Shown here: piece by piece, positions 14,423 to 26,000 of the stretch
How the letters are laid out: the number at the start of each line of letters is the position of its first letter
Numbering within the stretch: the stretch's first letter is position 1
Assembly (NCBI GenBank): GCA_001642005.1
Contig: LWCA01000003.1
Location: 1-64,000, forward strand
Reading direction: 5' to 3'
From: Intoshia linei
Lineage: Eukaryota > Animalia > Orthonectida
DNA: 64,000 bases
Program-made: the position numbers and the translations under genes
The notes under the pieces: generated by a model
Databases searched by the model: none
What the model was told of the DNA's origin: nothing
The model's input: the letters and a program-made list of their open reading frames with translations, nothing else

Positions 14423-14859
14423 GAAATTATCGTTTTTTGAAAAATAAAATAGAAATATGGACACTTTAAATGGCTTCTAAATCAACTGCAAAGTATAATA
14501 AACTACAAATTTGGTTACCAATGTCAAGGAAATATATAATTTAATGTATGTCAAGGTAACTATACTTACATAAATAATGTGTATTAGATAAATTATCAAA
14601 AGTATCTCATGTTAATTTCATTCTAATATTTACATTAATCAATTGCAATTTGCAATTAACAAGTGTTAAATTACAATTTTGACAATTATAAATCATAAAG
14701 AGAAATTTAAAAATTTTTGCTAGAAATACAATCAAGTTGCATTTTCATTGTATAAACTTCCATGTATACAAAAATGATTCAACATCTGTTTTCATATTGA
14801 TTTTATTCAGTATATATATATATTTTTGTATTGTCATTGTATTTATGTAAATCATTTTA

Positions 14860-17800
14860 ATGTCTCATTTTCTTAAATTTTTTGAATTTTCAGTTCAAGG
14901 AGTCAATACTCACTTTGAAAATATTGTTAGAAAAAAATTATCCTTTCTCTATTATATTGATTTTTTCGTAATGTTTTGTTTACAGTGTTAGTATTAGAAA
15001 ATTTTTTACTTTTTACTTTTAAATGTTAATCTTGATACATCAATACTGTTTGTGTAGATATCAAGAAAGGATGGAATAATTGCTATTTTTCAAGAAAAGA
15101 TTAATCAGCATTTATTGGTTGAATCAATATTGAATATAGTTAAAAGTTTAGGATATACAATTAAACTAGTGGAAGGTATGTTCTTTAATGTTTAAATAAT
15201 GTAAAGTTCACTGGATTGAGTCTAGTCAAGCTAGTAGCTTAATAAGGCATATTACATTTATTTAAAAAATGGGAATCTGTATATTACGCTTACAAAAAAG
15301 TGTCTTTATATTCGATTATATTTATTGATTTACTATTTGTATTACAATTTAAATTTTATGGTAATAACTTCGAATTTAAAGGTTTATAGATGGAAACCCC
15401 AGCGAGTTATAGAGAGAATACTGTATTTAATAGTTAATGCAGTATTCGAGTGTTTTTCGAACTGGGGTTCGTTAGAAATAATTGTTTTTTAAAACAATGT
15501 ATTACAAATTTTACAAAATAATCCTTTACTTATATAAAAATGAATGTTTGTATGTGTATCCATTTATTTATTGTATTTAATATTATTACAAAAATTGAGA
15601 TTCGCAGGAAAAAATACAGTTTTTCCCAGGACGTGTTATTATCTATATTTCAGTTTCAGAGTTTGAGCCCTTAGGGTCAAAAACCCAATTTCCCCTTTTG
15701 TTTAAAAAAAATCATAATAAAACATCATTCTGGAACGAATTTTAAAAACATAACATTTTAAAATTTTCGTGTAATCTCAACCTCAGAAACGCATACCTTC
15801 ATGGTCAAAACCATAAATTACCCTTTTTTTTTTTAAAATGAAACATGTCTTAAATTTTTTTTAACATAAATTTTGAGATAGTTTTTAAAATCATAAACAT
15901 TATCAAAATAAAAACCTCAAAAAGTGCATTTTCACGATCAAAACCCCATATTACCCTTTTTTTGAAAAATTAAAACAGCCATAATTTTTCAAAATAATTA
16001 CAGATGATACAGTTACATCCGGTTAACACACATAAAAATTTCAATATGATAAAATGACGCCTTCATGGCCAAAAAAGCACTTTAATATTCATTTATATTA
16101 TTTCAAAACTATATTATTAAAACAAAAAATTGGAAATAATTAACGGTCCTACAATTAAAAAAAAAGATTGTTCTGATACAGTTTATTCCAGTTGATATAA
16201 ATACAAAATTTAAAATTCAAAAATCTACGCATTCTCGGTGAAAAATAACTTTTAATATATTATCAACCAATATTTTTCAAATTTTTGGATTAAAAAGTAA
16301 AAAAGTAAATACTCATCCTACAATTTAAAAAAAGTGCAGTGAACGTCTACACTTTTCTAATAAAGAGATATAGGTGGAAATCTCACAGATTGATTCCTTC
16401 GGTTTAATTTATTGATACGAATTTGTTCACTTTCATAAAAGTTTTTTAAATCACTTGAAGTACAATTTTGTTATTATCATTTTTATATATTTATTACAAT
16501 GTTGGTAAAATTTACTTGAAATATGTTTTTAAGGTGCTGATTCCGGTAATTATTATTGATACAAAATTGAGATTTTGTACTTATCGAAACCAGATACTGA
16601 ATATCAGGGATTGGAAATAATTGATTGCAATCAATTATTTTGTACAAACCACTTAATTGTTTGCTAATTTTTCAATTAATTGATTTTTTTGCAATTATTT
16701 ATTTCCAAATTCGAAGAAAGAAATAAAATAAATAATATGAAAATATGTTCTAAATATTATTTTGCAAATAAAATATAATGCACTTAAAATAGTTTGACAC
16801 TGTATAATAAAATATTAACAACTTTTAATTATTTTATGCAATTTTAGAAAAATAGAAACGCGTTTGTCACCAGAAAAATGATGTATTTAACCTACTAGTT
16901 TGACTTTTATGTACTTCGAACAAACAGCATCCTAGTATTCATTATAACTACATGACAGTTTTTGTTAAAAATGATTATGATATTGTTATCAATCTTCAAT
17001 TAATTGATTATTTTTATATTTATATTTTTTTATCGCTTCGCTCGAACTTCTAAAGGGCCCTGACCTTTGCTTAGCCCAGGGCCACGAAGTGGCTTAAGAC
17101 GGCTCTGCCTCGGGTACGGTAGTTTCTGTTCTTATTGACATTTTTGTGAAGTGGAATTATTTACATTAGTATAGTTTTGTTATAGCGTCTAAAACAATGG
17201 TCGCTTTTCGAACATCTAATACAGAGATTTTCAACCTTTTTTGAACCACGCCACCAGATTAAAAAAATTTAATTTATGCAAGATTATCTCTCTACTAAAA
17301 ATGTTTATTTAAAACTCTAACGATTATTTATTATAATTTTTTTTACCGTTTCTAATAAAAATAATTTTATTTGACTTTGATTTGGCGATATAGCTTAGGT
17401 TGAGAATCCCTGATATAATACACAATGTACCTTTAATAATAATAATTTAATATATTTAGAAAAAAATGTGTCCCACACATTAATTTACCTATCACCGATA
17501 TTTCTATACGAACAAAAAAATGCTCATATTATAGATTTGACGAACAGTAATAAATTAAAACTGAAAAATTATTTAAAAGAAAATTTTTGTTTATATCTCT
17601 TGTATGAAAACCCTGTAAATGAATTTATAAAAAAATGTTCATATTCAAATTTAAACTATTTTGTATACCCATCAAATGTAACAATTTACAATAAAGAAAA
17701 CTATCGAATTTTACAACGTGTATTGATTTCAAATTCAAATTTGCAACAAAATACTATCAAAAAAGATTTTTATGAAATATACAAACATAACTGTATAAAA

Positions 17801-20800
17801 AATGATATTAAACGACAATCAAGTAACAACAATTTTCTGATCGATGATTCAACTGATAAAACTCATATTTTGAATTATCAAATATCTAAACATGAACCTG
17901 AACCGAATTCAGAGTTTCACAAAAATGAAACCATTTCAGAAACATTTATTGAAATTGTTTATGATACCACCAAAATTGATTTAATTGAAATTTTTCAAAA
18001 TTTAAAAATGACTGGTCAAGTAAATTTTGAAATGATGACTGAATTTATCAAATTTTCAAAATATTTAGACTTTAAAGGCCAAAATTTTGATAAATTTATA
18101 ATGATTTATAAAACTTGGAAATTGTCCTTTAATTTGCCATTTTTTTTAAATATCAATATTACAGAAAAACCCAGTCCGATAAAATTATTTTTATCTACTC
18201 TTAAAACTGTAAATTGTGAGAAAATTGAATTGACAGATTCATTTTGTGAAGAGTTTGTGTGTAATTTTAATAATTTGTCTAATGATTGTTTCAATTCAGA
18301 TAAAATTGTCCAGTGTGATTTAAGTGAAAATTTTTATCTAAATTCTCATTTGGTTTGTGTGTATTTTTGTCATAAAATGAAATGCACTAAATGTAGTAAT
18401 GCTTTGATTGAAAAGGTCATCACTTCAAACCTGGTGGATCAGTTCAATATTAAATTTGTACATGTTGATCACAAGTCTAGGCTAATGTATGTTTTTGTAG
18501 AAAACGAGTTGAAATTCGATAAGAGTTTAATTGACTATGAATTGATTCGTCTGCAAAATGATAAAATTATTCCGTTTGCTAATGTGTATGAATTTTTTAT
18601 TTTGCCCAAGAAATGCGTCATTTATGAATCTTTTTTGAATATTATCTGGAAATATCGTGTTTTTTTGGGTATTTTGGATTTTTATGTTAAAAATGTTGTG
18701 TACATGTTGGTTTCAAATTCAGAACGTGGTGATTATACTATTTATGAAAAAATTTTGTATTTATTGAAAATTGATTACAGGATATTTCACTTTGTGGGTG
18801 ACGAATCAAGTCTTGAATCAAGTTTGCTTAAATTGGCGGATAATGGGGATTCAAAATTGCTAATAACATCCAAAGAGTCTAAATTATCAAAATGTAACAT
18901 TTCTGTTACTGGTATGAGTTGTACGAGTTGTGTGGGCAAAATAGAAAGTTGTTTAAAAAAACAGACTGGGGTGCATGGGTGTACTGTGTCGTTGATGCTT
19001 CAGCAGGTGAATGTAACATTTGATTCAGAATTAACTGATGAAGAAAAGTTGATGGTAATAATTCGGTCTTTAGGAGATTATAAATGCAATTTATTGAACA
19101 AAGGTTCCGATTCTGATAAATTTATCGTCAAAGCTAAGGCAATTGTGTCGAATCCTAAGCAAATTCAACAAAATGAAGCCGTCAAAATCACTAAATCTCT
19201 TTTAAAATTAAACGGTGTTTTTGATGTGACTAACGACTGCTATTATGATGGTATTGTCTTTTATACGTCGATTGATACTGAAATAATTGGACCAAGGGAT
19301 GTTTTAGAATCAATTTCCAAATATGGGCACCAGGTTGTTATTTTAAAACAGGACAGTTCCGCCAATGATTTGAAAAGTGCCAAAGAGATTCAACGTAAAG
19401 TTATTAGTATTTGGAAAAGGGCATTTTTGTTTTCCTTGTGTATGGGACTTCCTTTAATGTTGCTCATGATTTTTTTCATGATCCAGTCCAAATATGCAAA
19501 ATCATATAATACTAGCGTCTATGCGGATTATGTCGTTTTTAGAGGATTAGATTTGGAAAATTTACTCTTTTTCCTACTTTGTACTCCAACCATGTATTTT
19601 AGCGGAATTCACTACTACAAAAACTCTTATTCTGCAATTTTACATTGCTCAATGAATATGGACGTACTCGTTACTTTAGCCACGTGTATATCTTACATTT
19701 ACTCCTGCGTCGTTCTTTTAATAGGAATTTTTTACGTTAATCGAGATGGTGAATTTTCTAGTGTAACTACATTTTTTGAAACGCCTCCAATGCTTTTCAT
19801 TTTCATTTCACTTGGTAGATATATTGAAAATATAGCCAAAGGAAAAAGTTCTCAAGCTCTACTCAACCTTGCAAATTTAAATGTCAAAAATGCTAATTTA
19901 GTTACAATAGATTTAGAAGCCGACAGTTTACGAGAATTGTTCTGTAAAAATATTGATATTGATTTGGTTCATAAATACGATATTTTGAAAATCTTACCTG
20001 GTGAAAGAGTTCCATTGGACGGATCCGTCATTCAAGGCGATTCTTATTGCGACGAATCTCTTATTACTGGAGAATGCTTACCTATTCACAAAATTAAAGC
20101 GTCTCACGTGGTAGGCGGTTCAATTAATCAAAATGGAGTTTTATATATTTCAGTGACACACATTGGACAAGAAACTACACTGTCCCAAATTGCTAAAATT
20201 ATGGAATTTGCACAAACTGTTAAAGCCCCAATTGAAAACATTTCCGATCGTGTTGCAGCCATTTTTATTCCAATTGTGCTATTTTTATCTGTTTTGACAC
20301 TTATTGTATGGCTCATTATTGGGTATAACCGTCAAAATAGTGAGGTAAACGACTCGTTTGTATCTAGAGCGTTTATGTATGCAATATCTGTTCTTTCTAT
20401 TGCTTGTCCTTGTTCTCTCGGATTAGCTGCTCCAACTGCTGTTATGGTTAGTACAGGAATAGGTGCAAAGAATGGCATTCTTATTAAAGGCGGGAAACCT
20501 CTCGAAATTACGTCAAAAATTGATACAATTTTATTCGATAAAACTGGAACAATTACCACTGGCAAAATGATTGTTCAAAAATTTATTAATTTCATGTACA
20601 ACTCCAATGATGTCGAATTGGCTTTTCTTTTGTATGTTGTCGGATCTATTGAATTGTGCAGTGAGCATGTTATCGGAAAGTCTCTTTTATATTTCGTTAA
20701 AAATTTAATTTGTAGTCATGATGGTGATTTAGTTTGGATTAAGACTAAAGATTTTGTCATTTCACCGGGATTCGGTTTATCTTCAAAGTTAAATATTAGT

Positions 20801-23077
20801 GGATATTCTAATTTAAAGTTAAAGTGCAATATTCCAGATTTTTCAGTTTCAGAGTTTATTGAGTTTGATTATGTTGATGGGTGTTTATTATCCAATTTTA
20901 AATACGCCAATTTCCCGGCTTTGAACAAATTTGTTGATATCAATTTTGGTAATTTTTTAATTATAATAATCTAGCGTTTAAAATACATTGCCATTCATTT
21001 TATTGTGATTCAGGCACGTTTATATTTGAATGCAAATGGATGAACCCATTTTTTTATAGTAGATTAGGACGCTTTTGAATTTAAAAAAAAGACATCTTTG
21101 TGGTTTTTGACCTCTAAGGACTCAATTTCTTACATTGAAATTTATATTACTTTTACCTAGACCCCTATTTCAAAATATTTATTTTTTTAGATCTCAAATA
21201 AAATTTATAAACATTATAACATAAAACAATAAATAATTAATAGTAAATAATAAATATTTATAAAACATTTATGAAAAAAATAAAAGTTTGGTAAATTTGG
21301 TAAAATGGTATTTTTTATAAAAAAATATTTAAAAAACGGCGTTTTTTTGTTTTGGGGTTTGATTAAGGGGATTTTTCAAAAAATATCTATAAAAGTTGAT
21401 TTTGCCCTGAGGGTTTGAAATGGTATTTTTTTTAATGGTATGAATTTTTTCTCATAAGATTTGGTAAAATTGTGTTTTTCAAAAAAATTGGACAAAGGAG
21501 ATTTTTTCATTAAGGGTTGGTAAAATTGAATTTTTATTTTGGGATTTGATTAAATGGATTTTTCAAAAAAATATCGGTAAATGTCGATTTTTACCTGAAA
21601 GTTTGAAATATTATTTTTTATTAAATTTTATTAATGATGGGATAAAAGTGGGATTTTTGAAATAATAATAGTGGTCGTTTGAGATCAATTGTTAATTCTG
21701 TAATAAATATTTATAATTTTTAATAATAATATAATAAAAATAACCAATTTTTTTTATATTTTATTTGAATCTCACGACCTGGCATATAGATTTGTACCCC
21801 AATCGGCAACCACTGGTATATAATAATAATGTGCAGATTTGTAGATATAAATATAGGTTCTAAAATTAAAAAACATTTAGATGAAACAATTCTTGTTGGA
21901 AATCAAAAGCATTTAATTAAACATTCAATTCATATACCTGATTTGGTGAATAGTCAACTTCATAATTTGGAAAAAGAAGCCAAGACGGCAATTTTATGCT
22001 GTGTTGGAGGTATGTTATCATTATTTATAAAAAATTATCGATTTACACGGAAATATTACACATTTCAGTGTGTTGATAAACATCCCTACTTGATTAACTC
22101 GGGAAGATGACATTGATCGGCAATTGCCCACTAACATTTTTGAAAAATAAAAATATACTAGTTTGACCATTGGTCAATGACCCAGAACCAATATTGAGGC
22201 TCAATATTTTCATCATCCTCTATGAATAATTTAAAATATTAGGAAAAATTCTTTGTGCATTTGGAATTTCCGATACAATAAAACCTGACGCTAAAAAAAC
22301 AATATCAGTTTTAAAAAAGCAATTTGGATTAAATGTGGCATTAGTTACAGGTAATAATAATCATTTGTCGAAGAAAATAAAATTTTTCAGTCATAATTTC
22401 TAATTAAACAATTTAGGTGATAACTCACACGTGGCAATGGCAATAGCGGAAAATGTCGGAATAGATCAAGTATATGCTGAAATGTTGCCATCACAGAAAA
22501 TTAATAAATTAAGACAATTACAAGCTATGGGGCATAAAGTTGCAATGGTTGGTGACGGCATTAACGATTCGCCTGCTTTAGCTGCAGCAGATATTGGAAT
22601 ATCTGTATTTAATGGAAGCGATACGGCTATAGAAGCTTCCAATGTGACTCTTTTAAATGTAATTATAATACATGCAGTCTATAATAATAATAAAAAATTA
22701 GAACAATTTATCTGACATTGTACATGTATTTCGTTTATCAAAAGTAACATTTCGACGTATCAAACTCAATTTTTTATTTGCCAGTATTTACAATTTGATG
22801 GGGATTCCAATTGCTGCAGGTAAACATTTATTTCCATGTTCATTCTATTTACTTCAAAACATTAGGTATTTTGACACCAATAGGAATAGTCCTCAAACCT
22901 TGGATGGCGAGTTTAGCTATGGCGTGTTCATCTATAACAGTTGTATTGTCATCTCTACATTTGAAAAAATTTAAAAAAAAAGAAATTACAAAAACAAGTA
23001 ATCTAATTTCGATTGACAATACTTACAAGAATGATATACCCTTGAAAATCAAATTAATTACTGGAAATCAAATTTAA
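14860..23077 (+). CDS. ATP7: Copper-transporting P1B-type ATPase (ATP7A/B-like)
   Basis: Exons 14860-14967, 15058-15175, 17460-20948, then 3' exons to 23077. Motifs: GMSCTSC, MDVLVTL, TGE, CPC ([10 protein letters not shown]), [24 protein letters not shown] (TM7), MxxSS (TM8). Confidence 0.95.
15521..16600 (+). mobile_element. Repeat family 1, longest copy (ATP7 intron)
   Basis: Starts ATCCTTTACTTATATAAAAATGAATGTTTGTATGTGT and spans the segments shared with all other copies. Distal end approximate. Confidence 0.75.
17222..17412. mobile_element. hAT-type MITE (191 bp)
   Basis: TIRs CAGAGATTTTCAACC / GGTTGAGAATCCCTG; 8-bp flanks ATCTAATA / ATATAATA (7/8, TSD-like). Confidence 0.75.
21161..21815. 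mobile_element. MITE family 2 copy in ATP7 intron
   Basis: Ends ATCGGCAACCACTG; internal GATTTGGTAAAAT..TTTTTCAAAAAAA subrepeats shared with 31160-31553 and 59819-60263. Confidence 0.7.
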
Positions 23078-23078
23078 T

Positions 23079-26000
23079 TTATATTTGTACAGAAATATAT
23101 TTGTCTAAAACTATTTCTTCGTTCAAGATTTTTGTCATTTCTGGTGCCAATTTCATCATTTTTGTACAGCTTTGACAATAATCATTCAACGCAAATCTAT
23201 TGGATTAATATATATTTTAAAATAATATAAAATACAGAAATGTAGAAAAAATAATTAAAATAGTCCTTTCCAACCAGTTTAACTTGATGATATAAATTTT
23301 CATCACAAAATTACCCGTTATGCCCACTGGAAAGTACTAGAATAGGGATAAAATATGTTACACTAAAAGTAGACGAGAAAGGGCGTAAATTTCCCAAAAT
23401 TTTTAGATAAAATAATATTACTTTGCTTGTTTTGATACAGTTGCTTCATTTTCATCTTTTAGAGTTTCCATTTTGGTCAATATATTATTGTAAAACGTTA
23501 ACGATTGTGATTTACAAACTTCCATCTAATGAACAATGTATGTTACAGGCCGTTTGAACAATAGTGCGAAATAATAGTTTTATTGTAGATCTTCCTTATT
23601 CCGAATAAAATTATTTATTTTAACTATATTATAAAAACTAACAAAACAAATATAAACCTAACCAACGTTTGGTTGTCAAACTGAGTTTTTACTAACTGTT
23701 TGATTAAAATGAATTATTCAGCTAGGATTTGGAAAAAATATCTTAATTTCCAATTTTCTGCAATAGATAGGTTTTTCGTAAAATTCGGTAAATTTTTATT
23801 TTTTATTTAAATATCTTTAATGTTACAAAATGTAGATTATTCGCATATTTTAGTATAGTAAACTATTATTTTCCGCACACAATTATGTAAATACAAAACA
23901 ATAATTTTCAAACGAACGGTACCATAAAAAATGAAAAACTAAATATACATTGAAACTAAACCAACCACATTGTCTAAAAATGTAGAGCATGGTGCTGGCT
24001 TTATCATTAACAATCATAAAATTAATTTTACCCATTATAAATAAACATTTTGCAAAACTCAAAAATATTCTGACGGACACTTTTCTAATACATTATTATA
24101 ACAATGTGCATTGTAGGTTCACAATAAAAAATTTATCTAACTAAAATAAAAGTGAACCCTTATGTTTCAACCCCTCTGATTTCACGTACTCTTAATTGAA
24201 AAGTCAAAACATTAATACAGTTTAGTCGTTTGAAAACATTACGTTACACTCAAATAATAAAATTACACCACATAGACTACAATTTTGATACGATTTCATA
24301 TTCATTTTTTCAGAAATTCTAAAATATTAAAAGTAATTTCTGAAATAAACTAAATAATACCTAAAAACTGTATTGTTTGAACCTGGGTGACTTGATAAAA
24401 GGCTAATAAATAAATTTTCTGTACATTTAGTCGTAGAATTGGTGATAGGTTCCTACATAAATATAATTGAACATGTAAATTGGAAAAAAATGAATATGAA
24501 ATATATAAAACTTTAATAAAAGTACCTTGGTATAAAAGTCAAAATTATGAAAAGGTTTGATTCCACAATAATGATTAAAAAGAGTAATTTCTTTAGAATT
24601 GAATAATCTTAAGGGTAAAAGTATTTTACAATTTGAGTTGGATACCATAAAATCCTATACAGTGCATTTAATAAAAATAAAATCATAATTGAATTTACAG
24701 TAATACTAACGTAATAATTGAGTATTATACCGAGGAATTAAAATTGTTTAGAGTGGCCGAGGACATTTTTTCAAAGATATCAATGGTTAAATTAAGCTGA
24801 TTTGATGCAATAAGCAATTGATCCATTTTAAGATGGTGGTAAATACAAGTCAACAATTTTCGTCTGAAAATAATAAATAATTTAATTAATAATTATGTAA
24901 AAGACTTATCAAATTAAATCCCGTGGAAAGTATGAATTAATACATTACAAATTCAGTCACTTTCAATACGGTTATTTTTAATTATAAAGCAAACATTTGT
25001 ATGCTCAATATCAATACAAATTAAACTTACATAATTTTTTTATGTATAAACGATTTATCTCTATTTTCCATTTCGTTATATTGGCAGTAAAAATTTGATA
25101 AAATGTCCACGTTAAAAAACTAAAAATATAAAAAATTAACGACGATAAATATAATCGACTAGGTTGACTATTATGTATTACTATTTAAAAAATATTGGTT
25201 GCTAATATAATAAAAATTATTTTTCATCGAGAATGCGTTGATTTCTGGGTTGAAATTTTGTATTTATATCAACTGGAATAAGCTCTATCAGAATAATCTT
25301 TTTTTTAATTTTCGGACCGATTATTTCAGATTTTTTGTTTTAATAAAATAGTTTGGAAAAAAATATATGAATACTAAAATGCTTTTTTGGCCGTGAAGAC
25401 GTCACTTATTCAGATTGAAATNTATAATTTTTATGTTGAATTTTAATTATACAATTTAATTTTTTAATATTTGTTAAAGTATATTTAAAAGTTTCGTTCG
25501 ATAAAAATAAAAACATAAGGGTTTTTCAGAACTTAAATTTCACTAATGGAACAATCTGTCTAACTATATGATTTGAAAAAATTGCGAATAGAACATTATT
25601 CTATAGAAACTGTTACATTTAACATTTTTATCATCAAAATTAATTTTTATCAATTTATGTTTAAATTATAAAATTCTTTACTCATTGTTCATTTTGATTA
25701 ACATACTTTTATTATCTTTCTTTTTAGAATCTGTGAGGTTATTTTTAATAGATATTTGATAATTTTGTAAGGAATTATCAAGTCGAGATTTAGTAATTGA
25801 ACCAGCAAATGTTCGTTATATCATAAAATAATACGTTTTCAAGCTTAATTTTTTGGTAAAAATGTAAGATATAATTTAAAACATTTTTCATCAAAAACCT
25901 CATTTTTGACAAAAATGCAGATAGAACATTATAACTCTAACATTGCGATATATAGAAGTATTTAATTGAATAGCTTTAATTTTAATTAAAATTTAAATCT

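Noticed and set aside
18106-20565. Minus-strand ORFs within ATP7 (similarly within Nck, ABCE1, actinin, the VPS10 gene and UBR)
   Set aside because: Antisense shadows of real coding exons with no independent motifs
21280-21620. Quasi-periodic GATTTGGTAAAAT units suggesting a CRISPR-like array
   Set aside because: Degenerate internal subrepeats of MITE family 2 with no constant repeat/unique spacer structure, in a eukaryotic context
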